Assembly (NCBI GenBank): GCA_963846525.1
Contig: CAWJWE010000009.1
Coordinates: 1,061-65,060, forward strand
DNA length: 64,000 bases
DNA from: an uncultured Actinomycetota bacterium
Lineage (GTDB): Bacteria > Actinomycetota > Actinomycetes > JACCUZ01
Reading direction: 5' to 3'
Made by a program: the position numbers and the translations under genes. How positions within the stretch are numbered: the first letter of the stretch is position 1; each line of letters starts with the position of its first letter. The notes below the pieces were generated by a model. The model saw only the letters and a program-made list of their open reading frames with translations, was not told where the DNA came from and made no database searches. Shown here piece after piece: positions 35,557 through 48,522 of the stretch.

Positions 35557-35979
35557 GACGGTGACGTCGCAAGTACTGATCGGCCCTCAGAGGTAGGAGG
35601 CACGGAACTTGACAGGTCCGTCCGGGCATCCAGCGGCGGCGGTCCTGCGGATGCATGAAAGGACCGGGCCGCAGCCCTGAGCATGTCTAGCAGGTGGACG
35701 ACGACCCGGACGTAGTTGCGCGCGACGTGATGCCAGCCCCAGCCCGTCCAGGCGAGTGCCTCGAAGAACTCGCTAAGGCGAGTGAGGCACAAGTGGCACG
35801 CCTGCCTCCATCGCCCAGCGGAGGGTGACGCCCAATCCGTATTTCGCGCGCCGGCATGGGGCCAGTTGGAGAGCCCGTCGAACGGAGCTCGCAACAGAGG
35901 GGTTCCTTCGCGCATCGCACCCTCGAAGCAGGGCAACGGCGTTTCGATTGTTCCCGTCTGCGGTCCGACGCTAAGCGAC

Positions 35980-36983
35980 ATGCCCGCTCCCTCAGGTTCC
36001 GACTCGCGGCTGCCGCGAGCATCACGACAAGTCGGCTCGGGTCCCGGGCCAGGTCGGCGAGTTCGGAGCGCGCTTCGAGGTGCTCGACGGTGGTGCGTGC
36101 CAGCCGCGCCCGCAGCACGGCAGTCTCGGTCGGCGAGACGAAGGACGTCGCCGCGCGCCGGGCCTCTTGCCAGGTCCCGTCGGGGTCGCGCCAGTCTGGT
36201 AAAGTTCGTCCATGAGCCCGCCGGCGCGCTGCGAACCGGCCTCGGGCAGTCGGCGACCACGAGGCCCAGCCTTCGATGTGCTGAACTCGATTCGGGTGCC
36301 GTTCGGGCAAATCGATCGGGTCCGTGTCGTCGGCGTCGCGTCGCCGATTGGCGCGCTCCACTAGGAATTCGACCTCCGCGAGCCCTAGCCATCGGGCGAG
36401 GTCTGGCAAGTCCTGCTCAAGGTGCTCGACCCGCAGCACGCGAAACCGTTCTGGGGCCAGCCCTGCCAGGTCATCGCGAATGGTCCGATGCGTCCAATCC
36501 CATTGCCAAGCGAGCTTCTCCATGCGGCTCCACGAGCGCCACACCTGCGGGCTCACGAGCCCGAGTCGGTCTGCGCGGGGGCGCCACCGTGCCCACCTCG
36601 AGACGCGCCAGGGCAGTACCGACTCCGGTGCGTAGCCGCCTCGCTGGAGTTCGGACGCCACAACGTCCCGGCCATCGCGCTGCAGCCACACAAACCGGGC
36701 CTCGGGGAAAGCCTCCTGCAGCGCCGGAACCATGAGTGAAAGCCGGTTGTTGCTCTCGCCGTAGACCTCGGTGGCTGCTGTGTGCGGACGTGTCCGGGCG
36801 CAGGAGGGCGGCCGCCTCGGCGGTTCCGAGGCGGCCCTCGCGGAACTCCACCGACTCACGGACCAGCTGTGGGTGCGGCTGGTGCAGGCAGAGGCAGCCG
36901 GGAGCCTGGGTCAGGACGTGTGCCAACGTCTGGGTCCCCGAGTGCCCCGTGCTGAGAGCGAAGAACATGGCCGGACTGGTCAT
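35980..36983 (-). CDS. Sulfotransferase family protein (frameshift near 36780)
   Basis: MTSPAMFFALSTGHSGTQTLAHVLTQAPGCLCLHQPHPQ; VYGESNNRLSLMVPALQEAFPEARFVWLQRDGRDVVAS. Confidence 0.88.
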
Positions 36984-37430
36984 CAGGTCCCGGAGGCTAC
37001 CCGCGGTGGGGCGGGGCGATCATGGAAACGCGCCAGCCTCGACCTTTCGACGGAGCCGAAGGGCAGTTCGTCCAGCGGACCCCGACTCGACCGCAAGGTC
37101 GTCGATGTGACATCTCGGCGGGATGGGGAGATGGCGCGGACGTGGAGGGGAGTATCCCTGCGCGGCAGTGTCGTCATCACGGCTGAGCCCCTCGGGGCGA
37201 CTCCCGGCGCTGCCGGTCCGCCGGCCCGTGCCGGGGGCGGGAGAGACCTCCGGACCTGCTTAGAATTGTCCGGAGGACTGTCTGTGTTCGACGTTCCTGC
37301 TTCGGCCTGGCTGGCCACCGCCGCCGGCCTCCTCGCCATCGTGGCCGTCGGCATCGAGTTCATGCGCGCTGCGCCCGGTCGCCACGCGCGACGCCGACGC
37401 TGCGCGTGCCCACCTTCGAGAGGAACTCCT

Positions 37431-38426
37431 GTGAACGTCCCCACCTGGCTCTGGGTCGCCAGCATCGCCCTGCTGGTCGGCCTGCTCGCCGTCGACGTCT
37501 TCGTCATCGGCCGTCGGCCGCACGAGCCCACCCTGCGCGAGTGCGCGATCGCGATCGCCTTCTTCGTCGGGCTGGCGATCGTGTTCGGGCTGGGGGTGTG
37601 GTACTTCTCCGGTGCGCGGTACGCCGGTGAGTTCTACGCCGGCTGGCTGACGGAGTACAGCCTGTCCGTCGACAACCTGTTCGTCTTCGTCATCATCATG
37701 GCGAGGTTCGCCGTGCCGCGGCAGCTGCAGCAGACCGCGCTGCTCGTCGGCATCATCCTGGCGCTGGTCATGCGCGGCATCTTCATCGGTCTCGGAGCCG
37801 CGGCGATCCAGAACTTCAGCTGGGTCTTCTACATCTTCGGCGCGTTCCTCATCTACACCGCCGTCAAGCTCGCCACCCAGGGCGAGGCGGGCGAGGAGGA
37901 CTTCGAGGAGAACCGGCTGCTGAAGTGGGTGGAGCACCGCTTCCCCGCCACCCAGGAGTGGCAGGGCGTCAAGCTGCTCGCCCATGTCGACGGCAAGCGG
38001 GTCATCACGCCGATGCTCATCGTCATCCTGGCGCTCGGCACCACCGACCTGCTCTTCGCGCTGGACTCGATCCCGGCCATCTACGGGCTCACCAAGGAGC
38101 CCTACCTCGTCTTCACCGCCAACGTCTTCGCCCTGATGGGCCTCCGCCAGCTCTACTTCCTGATCGGCGGCCTGCTCGAGCGCCTGGTGTACCTGAGCCT
38201 CGGCTTGTCCGTCGTGCTCGGCTTCATCGGCGTGAAGCTCGTGATGGAGGCCCTGCACGAGAACGAGCTGCCGTTCATCAACGGCGGCGAGCACATCGAC
38301 TCGATCCCCGAGATCCCGATCTGGCTCTCGCTCCTGGTCATCCTCGGCGTCCTGACGGTGACCACCGTCGCGAGCCTGCTCAAGGTGCGCAAGGACCCGG
38401 AGGCCGCCCGGGACAGCGACGGCTGA
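37431..38426 (+). CDS. TerC family integral membrane protein
   Basis: VNVPTWLWVASIALLVGLLAVDVFVIGRRPHEPTLREC...GWLTEYSLSVDNLFVFVII...DLLFALDSIPAIYGLT. Confidence 0.95.
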   Translation: MNVPTWLWVASIALLVGLLAVDVFVIGRRPHEPTLRECAIAIAFFVGLAIVFGLGVWYFSGARYAGEFYAGWLTEYSLSVDNLFVFVIIMARFAVPRQLQQTALLVGIILALVMRGIFIGLGAAAIQNFSWVFYIFGAFLIYTAVKLATQGEAGEEDFEENRLLKWVEHRFPATQEWQGVKLLAHVDGKRVITPMLIVILALGTTDLLFALDSIPAIYGLTKEPYLVFTANVFALMGLRQLYFLIGGLLERLVYLSLGLSVVLGFIGVKLVMEALHENELPFINGGEHIDSIPEIPIWLSLLVILGVLTVTTVASLLKVRKDPEAARDSDG

Positions 38427-38429
38427 CCG

Positions 38430-39166
38430 CGGCCGGGTCAGCCCGCCGGACTGCTCACGGACCGCTGGTAGACGAAGAAGTCGCTGCGGGTCGATGTCGC
38501 GACGTTGCCGTCCCAGGCGTGCGGGTTGGGCACCCGCTCGACCAGCTGCCAGTCCGGCTGCGTGGCGCGCAGGTGCGTGGTGAACGGCCGGTCGGTCACC
38601 GACCCGATGGTGCTGTCCCTCGGGCCGTCGCTGGCGTAGATCAGCACGTACCGCTGCGACAGCGCGAACAGGTCTCTCAAGTAGGTCTCGAACACCGTCG
38701 GCTCCACCAGGTGGAACAGCACGTCCAGGGACAGGCCGAGGTCCGCCCGCAGCAGGCCGCGCGGGTCGGCGACGGCGCCGGGGAAGTAGGGCAGGAAGGT
38801 CTTCGTCGGGTCGTCCGCGAACCGCGTCGACGCACGAGCGCAGCGCCGTGGTCGACACGTCCAGCCCGGTGTACGCCGGGTAGGCCGCCAGCGCCAGCTG
38901 TGCGCCGTCACCGCAGCCGAGCTCCACCACCGACGTCACGTCATGGCGGGCCACGAAGTCGTTGACGAAGGTCGCCTTGTACGTCGCCAGGTGACCGCGC
39001 GAGCCCGGGCCGGAGTCCCCGCCGCCGCGATAGTGCCGCTCCCAGTAGGCCGCCGATCCCGGGAACCGGAGCCGCTCGACGGCCCGCTTGGCCGTGACCG
39101 CGGCGCCGCCCACGGCGGGTAGCCGGCGCATCCGCGAGGTCACCGCCCGACGCAAGGAGCTCTGAG
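38430..39166 (-). CDS. Class I SAM-dependent methyltransferase (frameshifted)
   Basis: [38 protein letters not shown]; [44 protein letters not shown]. Confidence 0.88.
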
Positions 39167-39670
39167 TCATCCGTCCGCGGGTGTGCGACCGAGCCGGCGC
39201 AGGGCCGCCCCGCCGGCCAGCAAGGCAGCGCCGGCCACCGCCGCGTCCACCGGAGACACGGTGGCCCCGGTGCGCGGGAGCGCCGACGCCTGCGTTCCGG
39301 TCGGGCCGCCAGCCGCGCGGTGCGCGGCGGCTTGCGGCCCGACTTGGTCGGCAGCACCGAAACGTCCGGCGTGCGGTCGTCGGCCCCGGTACGCCGGGGT
39401 TGCCGACAGCAGCGGGCGCCGTGCCCGGACCGCCACCGCCGGTCGGGGCCTGGGCCGGCCGGGGCGGGGAGTCGTCGGTGTCTCGCCGGTCGGCGGGGCG
39501 GAGGTGGCGGCCTGCACGGCGCCCAGGCCGAGCACCTGCACCGTCGGGGCCGCCCACACCAGCGCGCCGCCGAGGGCGGCACCGCGACGCAGGGCGGTGC
39601 GGCGAGAGACGGGCGCGAGGACGTCGTGGTCGTTCAGCACGCAGCGAGGCCCCCGAGTCGAGATCAACAT
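39167..39670 (-). CDS. Tat-signal, LPRTG-anchored surface protein (probably frameshifted internally)
   Basis: [35 protein letters not shown] signal; C-terminus [38 protein letters not shown] (LPxTG, hydrophobic stretch, basic tail). Confidence 0.75.
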   Translation of the reverse strand: MLISTRGPRCVLNDHDVLAPVSRRTALRRGAALGGALVWAAPTVQVLGLGAVQAATSAPPTGETPTTPRPGRPRPRPAVAVRARRPLLSATPAYRGRRPHAGRFGAADQVGPQAAAHRAAGGPTGTQASALPRTGATVSPVDAAVAGAALLAGGAALRRLGRTPADG

Positions 39671-39768
39671 TCACGGTCTGTGAGCGGGACAGTACGCGAA
39701 TACGGATGTCGGCCCCGATATGGGGTGACCTGCCCAGGTCCGCGTCGACTAACCGTCATGATCGGGGC

Positions 39769-40425
39769 GTGGACAGCAGCGACGTGGTGGTGGTCGGCGG
39801 GGGCGGGCACGGCCGGGAGGCGGTGATGCTCGCGCAGGCGAGCGGCCGCACCGTCCTGGGGGTGCTCGACGACGGCGAGCCGCCGAGGGGCCGCTGGCCG
39901 CACTGGGCCAGGTCCTGCTCGGCGGGGTGGGCTGGCTCGACGACCACCCTGGACGTCCCGTTCGTCGCGGCGCTCGGCTACCCGGCGGCCCGCCGGAGCG
40001 TGGTCGACCGGGCCGGGCGGGCCGCAGCAGCGGCAACCCTCGTCCACCCGTCAGCTGTCGTGGGACCGGACGTGTCGCTCGGCGACGGCGTGCTGATCTG
40101 GCCGAACGCGACCGTCACCGTCACGGTCCGGCTCGGCCGGCACACGCACCTGAACGTGGGTTCCTCGGTGAGCCACGACGTCGTCGCCGGCGACTTCGTG
40201 ACGGTCGGGCCTGGGGCGCGGGTCTGCGGTGCAGCGGTGCTCGAGGACGACGTCTGGATCGGCGCCGGCGCGACGATCCTCCCCGGAGTTCGCATCGGTG
40301 CCGGCGCGACCGTGGGAGCCGGTGCGGTAGTGCTGCGGGACGTCGACGCGGGCGACGTGGTGGCCGGTGTCCCGGCGCGGTCGACGGCGGGCATGCCGTC
40401 CGGTCGGCGACCGGCCGCCCGTTAG
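39769..40425 (+). CDS. NeuD-like sugar O-acyltransferase (left-handed beta-helix)
   Basis: [30 protein letters not shown]; hexapeptide repeats [27 protein letters not shown]...[25 protein letters not shown]. Confidence 0.88.
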   Translation: MDSSDVVVVGGGGHGREAVMLAQASGRTVLGVLDDGEPPRGRWPHWARSCSAGWAGSTTTLDVPFVAALGYPAARRSVVDRAGRAAAAATLVHPSAVVGPDVSLGDGVLIWPNATVTVTVRLGRHTHLNVGSSVSHDVVAGDFVTVGPGARVCGAAVLEDDVWIGAGATILPGVRIGAGATVGAGAVVLRDVDAGDVVAGVPARSTAGMPSGRRPAAR

Positions 40426-40475
40426 GCTGCCGGTCTGCCGTAGTCCAGGGAGTCCTGCGGCGAGAAAGGTGTCGC

Positions 40476-41480
40476 GTGGACCCGAGCTGGTGGGCGGTGG
40501 CCATCGCCGGCCTCTTCGTCGGCTTCGTGGTCGGCATGACCGGCATGGGCGGCGGCGCCCTGATGACGCCGATGATGATCCTGCTCTTCGGCGTCCAGCC
40601 GCTCGCGGCCGTGTCCAGCGACCTGGTCGCCTCGATGGTCATGAAGCCGGTCGGCGGTGCGGTCCACCTACGCCGCGGCACCGTCAACAAGGGCCTGGTG
40701 AAGTGGCTGGTCATCGGCTCGGTGCCGTCGGCCTTCCTCGGCGTCCTGGTGCTGCGATGGATCGGCAACGGCGAGGCGACGCAGTCGGTCGTCAAGGCCA
40801 GCCTGGGCGTGGCCCTGCTGTTCGCGGCCGGCTCGATGATCGCGAAGGCCCTGCTCGACCTGCGCAAGGCGCAGCAGCTGCGGCTCAGGGCCGCGGCCGG
40901 CGAGGTCGTCGACGTGCCGGTCGAGTCGGTGCAGGTCCGTCCGCTGCCCACGCTGTTCGTCGGGATCCTCGGTGGGCTCGTCGTCGGCATGACCTCGGTC
41001 GGCTCCGGCTCGCTGATGATCGTGGCCCTGCTGCTGCTCTACCCGAGCATCCGGGCCGGCCAGCTCGTCGGCACCGACCTGGTGCAGGCCGTGCCGCTGG
41101 TGGCGTCGGCCTCGCTGGGCCACCTGCTGTTCGGCGACTTCCAGCTCGACCTGACGGCGTCGCTGCTGATCGGCGCGCTGCCCGGTGTGTACGTCGGCGC
41201 CCGGGTGTCCAGCTCCGCGCCCGGTGGCCTGGTGCGTCGCGCCCTCGTCGTCGTCCTGCTCGCCTCCGGTCTCAAGCTGCTCGAGGCCAGCGTCACCGTG
41301 CTGCTGCTCGTGCTGCTGGCGGTCGCCGTCGTCGGACCGGTGCTGTGGGCGACCGTCTACCGGAAGGCCCGGCCGGACCGCGACGACGCCAGCACCGACC
41401 TGCTGGGCGCCGCCGTGACCGGCCGGTTCCTCCGCCGGCGCAAGGCCGCCAAGGAGCAGAAGGAGGCCGCCCGGCGCTGA
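40476..41480 (+). CDS. TSUP/TauE-SafE family permease
   Basis: VAIAGLFVGFVVGMTGMGGGALMTPMMILLFGVQPLAAVSSDLVASMVMKPVGG; second repeat LVVGMTSVGSGSLM. Confidence 0.92.
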   Translation: MDPSWWAVAIAGLFVGFVVGMTGMGGGALMTPMMILLFGVQPLAAVSSDLVASMVMKPVGGAVHLRRGTVNKGLVKWLVIGSVPSAFLGVLVLRWIGNGEATQSVVKASLGVALLFAAGSMIAKALLDLRKAQQLRLRAAAGEVVDVPVESVQVRPLPTLFVGILGGLVVGMTSVGSGSLMIVALLLLYPSIRAGQLVGTDLVQAVPLVASASLGHLLFGDFQLDLTASLLIGALPGVYVGARVSSSAPGGLVRRALVVVLLASGLKLLEASVTVLLLVLLAVAVVGPVLWATVYRKARPDRDDASTDLLGAAVTGRFLRRRKAAKEQKEAARR

Positions 41481-41495
41481 GCGAGACCCACCAGG

Positions 41496-42203
41496 TCAGC
41501 TCCGGGAGGCCGCCAGCGCGACGTCGCGGATGATCGCGGCGAGCTCCTTGGGGCGGGACCACATCGGCCAGTGGCTGGTCGGCAGGTCGACCCAGGTCAC
41601 GTCGCGCAGCTCGGTCAGGCCGCCGAGCCACTCGTAGCCCTGCTTGACGGCGTCCTTGTACTCGTCGGACGTGAACCCGGTGCAGATGACCGTGCTCGGC
41701 AGGTCCAGCCGCGCGTCGTTGGTCAGCTCGATGCCCTCGCGCAGCACGCCGCCCGGCTCGGGCACGGCGCGACTCCGGAACGTCGCGAGCTGCTCCTCGG
41801 TGAGCCCGTCGAGGTTCTCCCCCTCGGCGAGCTCTGCCGGTGAGGGCAGCGGCTTGTCGCCCTCGAGATCGGGGTCCATCGCCCCCTTGCCCGGGCCGGT
41901 GTCGACGTAGACCATCGCCGCGATCAGCTCGGGGACCCGGTCGCTGGCCGCGTAGCCGGAGTACCCGGCCCCGCTGTGCACCGCGAGCACGACGGGCCGG
42001 CCGGCCGCCTTCACGGCCGCGCAGATCGCGTCGACGTGGTCGGACTGGGTGATCGTGGAGCGGTCGGCGTCGACCGACTCGAGACCGGGCAGCGTCAGCG
42101 GCGTGACGTCCTGCCCGTCGGCCCGCAAGTCGGCGGCGACCTCGTCCCACGCCCACGCGCCGAGCCAGAAACCGGGGACCAGGATGATCGGTGTGGTGTC
42201 CAT
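41496..42203 (-). CDS. Alpha/beta hydrolase
   Basis: MDTTPIILVPGFWLGAWAWDEVAADLRADGQDVTPLTLPG...VVLAVHSGAGYSG...HWPMWSRP. Confidence 0.9.
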   Translation of the reverse strand: MDTTPIILVPGFWLGAWAWDEVAADLRADGQDVTPLTLPGLESVDADRSTITQSDHVDAICAAVKAAGRPVVLAVHSGAGYSGYAASDRVPELIAAMVYVDTGPGKGAMDPDLEGDKPLPSPAELAEGENLDGLTEEQLATFRSRAVPEPGGVLREGIELTNDARLDLPSTVICTGFTSDEYKDAVKQGYEWLGGLTELRDVTWVDLPTSHWPMWSRPKELAAIIRDVALAASRS

Positions 42204-42232
42204 GCCGGCAACCTGGGTCGCCCACCGACAAC

Positions 42233-42889
42233 TCACCAGCCGCGGGCGCGCCACTCCGGGATGGCCGGTCGCTCGGCCCCGAGCGTCGAGTCGTTGCCGT
42301 GCCCGGGGTAGAACCAGGTGTCGTCGGGCAGCCGGCCGAAGACCTTCTCCTCCAGGTCGTTCATCAGGCTGGTGAAGTCCTCGGGACTCGTGGTGCGGCC
42401 GGGCCCACCCGGGAACAGCGAGTCGCCGGTGAACAGGTGCGGGTGCCCGGCGGGGTCGGCGTACAGCAGCGCCACCGATCCCGGCGTGTGCCCGACCAAG
42501 GTGATGGCTTCCAGCTCGACGTGCCCGACCCGGACCCGGTCGCCGTCGGCGAGTGTCACGTCGGTGCTGCCGGGGATGGCCTCGGCGTCGTCCCGGCCGG
42601 CGGCGGTCCGCGCTCCGGTGGCGGCGACCACGTCGCCGAGCGCCTGCCAGTGGTCGCGGTGCCGGTGCGTGGTCACCACCTGCTCGAGGCGCCCGTCGTC
42701 GAGCAGCGCCAGCAGGGTGGCCGGGTCGTCGGCCGCGTCGACGAGCGCACGCTCGCCGGTCTCGCGGCACTCCAGCAGGTACGCGTTGTTGTCCATCGGG
42801 CCGACCGACACCTTGCTGATGCGCAGGGCCGGCAGCTCCCGGACGTCGGCCGGGCCGCCGCGCGTCACGTTCCCGCTGTAGGTCACGTC
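42233..42889 (-). CDS. MBL-fold metallo-hydrolase
   Basis: NNAYLLECRETGERALVDAADDP; VVTTHRHRDHWQALGDV; LVGHTPGSVALLY; LFTGDSLFPGGPGRT. Confidence 0.94.
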   Translation of the reverse strand, partial: DVTYSGNVTRGGPADVRELPALRISKVSVGPMDNNAYLLECRETGERALVDAADDPATLLALLDDGRLEQVVTTHRHRDHWQALGDVVAATGARTAAGRDDAEAIPGSTDVTLADGDRVRVGHVELEAITLVGHTPGSVALLYADPAGHPHLFTGDSLFPGGPGRTTSPEDFTSLMNDLEEKVFGRLPDDTWFYPGHGNDSTLGAERPAIPEWRARGW

Positions 42890-43002
42890 GTCCTCCTCTT
42901 CACCCGTTCGGGTGATCAACCGTTCAGCCGATCGTTCCCGACTCCTCGGCACGTTACCGTCAGTGCTCTCAGGGGTTCGGGCAGCGACGGGCGGGGTGCA
43001 TC

Positions 43003-43230
43003 GTGGTGGACGAGGCAGCCGACGGGGGGTCGGACGGTCGGCGGTTCCTCGACGCCATGTCCGCCCAGTCCCAGCGCGCCCACGACTTCAACCGCAAGAT
43101 GCGCTGGTTCCGGCTCCGCGGGCTGCTCGTCGACAACTCCGTCCCGCCGGAGGTCATCGTGCTCCCGGACGTCATCGCCCTCCCGGACGCGGTCGCGCTG
43201 CCGATCCCGCTCCAGCGCAACGAGGCCTAG
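43003..43230 (+). CDS. Hypothetical protein (75 aa)
   Basis: Intact short ORF MVDEAADGGSDGRRFLDAMSAQSQRAHDFNRKMRWFRLRG...; no family recognised. Confidence 0.45.
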   Translation: MVDEAADGGSDGRRFLDAMSAQSQRAHDFNRKMRWFRLRGLLVDNSVPPEVIVLPDVIALPDAVALPIPLQRNEA

Positions 43231-43248
43231 GCCGCCCTCGTCGGGCGG

Positions 43249-43974
43249 TCAGCGCCACCGGGGTGCTGCGGGCACCACCCCGGCGCCGTCGATCGAGAGC
43301 GCGCTGCCGTCCCGTCGGCCGGTGAGCCAGGCCACCAGCTCGGTGGTCGGACCGGTCAGCGCCGGGCCGTCCGCCGCGACCTCCCAGCGGCCGTCGGCGT
43401 CGGTGGCCACCAGGGTCCCGACCGGGCAGTCGCGGGCGTCCCGGAAGAACGGCGACAGCTGGTCCAGCGTCCGGGTGGCGAACTGCGGGCTCCAGTCGTC
43501 CGGCGTGTAGCCGGCGTCCAGGTCGACGTGGTGGATCTCGACCTCGCGGACCCGCAGCAGCGGGATCTCCCAGCCGTACGCCGAGGCGCCGCTGTTCATG
43601 GTGACCTCCCGGTCGCGCGCCTCCGGGTCGAACCCCCCGGCGAACGCCTCCAGCAGGCGCTCCGCCGAGTCGGACAGGTCCATCCGGACGTCGCCGATGT
43701 GCCGGTCGGCGCCGGCGTCGATCTCCGCCTGCCGGCCGGCCGCGCCCCCGGCGTACATCTCCCGTGGCTGCCCGTCCCGGGCGGAGAGCACCAGGTTCAC
43801 GAAGCCGTCGGCGTTGCGCGCGAGGTGCGTGAGCACGTGCCCGCGGGTCCAGCCGGGCAGCAGGGACGGCTCGCGCAGGGCAGGGTCGTCCAGCCCGTCG
43901 ACGGTCTGGAGCAGCCGGTCGGTCGACCCGGCCATCTCGTCCAACGCCGTCCCGAACGCATCGTCGCTGGTCAC
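43249..43974 (-). CDS. Maleylpyruvate isomerase family mycothiol-dependent enzyme
   Basis: MAGSTDRLLQTVDGLDDPALREPSLLPGWTRGHVLTHLARNADGFVNLV..., MDinB-like N-terminus with HVLTHLARNA. Confidence 0.92.
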   Translation of the reverse strand: MTSDDAFGTALDEMAGSTDRLLQTVDGLDDPALREPSLLPGWTRGHVLTHLARNADGFVNLVLSARDGQPREMYAGGAAGRQAEIDAGADRHIGDVRMDLSDSAERLLEAFAGGFDPEARDREVTMNSGASAYGWEIPLLRVREVEIHHVDLDAGYTPDDWSPQFATRTLDQLSPFFRDARDCPVGTLVATDADGRWEVAADGPALTGPTTELVAWLTGRRDGSALSIDGAGVVPAAPRWR

Positions 43975-44060
43975 GGGGACGACCCTACGCGCCGGACGAG
44001 GATGTCCGGGGCGGCACTTAGCATGGGCGGGAACTCTCCGACCTTCCGTGAAGGATCTCT

Positions 44061-47008
<2,948 letters not shown>

Positions 47009-47174
47009 GGCGGGCGGCGGCAGCAGGCCCGGTTGGGACCGCACGGGGGGACGATCCCAACCGGGGCTCGGCCGGTGACGGAGCGGCAGGGCCCGCGTCA
47101 TCGACCCCTGCCAGCGTGCCAGCGCCGACCGGGCCTGGCGAGAGCCGATTGAACCGTTTCCGGCTAGTGCATCT

Positions 47175-47635
47175 GGGCCGGGCGGGTCAGGAGGCCGGGC
47201 TCGGCCGGCCCACCAGGGCGCCGACCCGGCGCGACACGGCCGGCGCGCAGTCGGCGATCACGAACAGCATGCCGGCGGCGCACCGGCGTACCCAGGTGGC
47301 CAGGTCGTCGTCCAGGCCGCCCTTCGCGACATACGCCGGCGCAGCCCGCCCCCAGCATCGCCAGCACGGTGTCCGGGTCGTCGCGGGCGCTCAGGCACAT
47401 CAGCCGCACCGACGGGTGCCGCCGGGACAGCTCCTCGGCCAGCGCCGGCCCGCCGCCGGGCATCTCCACGTCCAGCACGATGAGGTCCGGGCGGAGCTCG
47501 CGCAGCGGCGGCCAGCGCGTCGGCACCGGTCCGGACGGCCGCGACCACGTCGAGGTCCGGCGCCGCAGCGAGCACGTCGCGCGCGGCCGCGAGGAAGTCG
47601 TCGTTGTCGTCCGCGACCACGATGCGCACCGTCAC
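47175..47635 (-). CDS. Single-domain response regulator receiver protein (frameshifted)
   Basis: [41 protein letters not shown]; [40 protein letters not shown]; no HTH seen. Confidence 0.75.
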
Positions 47636-47828
47636 GCCGGAGGCCCCCTTCCGCCCGTCCTACAGGAGTTGATCATCCCCGGTGTCGGGGAACACCGGCG
47701 GAACCTCCGCACAGACCCCCGGGCGGTGGTGCATCCGCACTAATCCGGGTTGGAGCACGCAGCGTGTGCGCCTCCGTGGCAGGCTGTACTGGTCCGCAGT
47801 GCCGAGCCGGGCGGGGGTGCGCAGTGTC

Positions 47829-48522
47829 CATGCCTGAGTCGGGCGGCCCCCGGGCGAGCGGCACGGCGACCGCGGTCCGGCTGCTCATCGTCGACGACCA
47901 CGAGATGTTCGCCGAGAGCCTGCGGCTGGCGCTGTCCGCCGAGCGCGACCTGACGGTGGTCGGGACTGCCGCCACCCTCGCGCAGGCCCGCAGCCTGGTC
48001 GTGACGTCGGCGCCGGACGTGGTGCTGCTCGACCACCGGCTGCCGGACGGTCTCGGTGTCGACGCCATCGCCGAGCTGAAGACGCTGCGTCCCGACGCCA
48101 AGATCGTGGTGCTCACCGCGGCGGCGGAGGACTCGATGCTGGTGACCGCCACCGAGGCGGGCTGCGCCGGCTTCATCCTCAAGACCAGCCCGCTCGACGA
48201 GCTGGTGGCCGCGGTCCGCACCGCCGCGGCCGGCGAGATCATGGTCAGCTCCGACCTGCTGGCCCGGCTGCTGAACCGGCTGCACCACGAGTACGAACGG
48301 CCGACGCACGACCTCACCGCGCGGGAACGGGAGATCCTCGAGCTGATCGCCGAGGGCCTGACCAACGGGGCCATCGCCAAGCGGCTGTTCATCTCGGTGA
48401 ACACCGTCCGCAACCACGTGCAGAGCCTGCTGGCCAAGCTGGACGCCCACTCGAAGCTGGAGGCCCTCTCGATCGCCATCCGGGAAGGCCTGATCGACCC
48501 GCCGGGGGCGGCGCCGGCATGA
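47829..48522 (+). CDS. NarL/LuxR family response regulator
   Basis: [30 protein letters not shown]...[16 protein letters not shown]...[51 protein letters not shown]. Confidence 0.95.

Noticed and set aside
35590-36037. 140-aa minus-strand ORF (MSLSVGPQTGTIETPLPCFEG...) between the sulfotransferase and GT2 genes
   Set aside because: Could be real, but it overlaps uncertain gene ends in a frameshifted region and shows no family resemblance; not called as a feature
37260-39674. 804-aa minus-strand ORF spanning TerC and beyond
   Set aside because: Its TerC portion is a low-complexity antisense shadow; only the methyltransferase and Tat/LPRTG stretches in that strand carry recognisable protein signal
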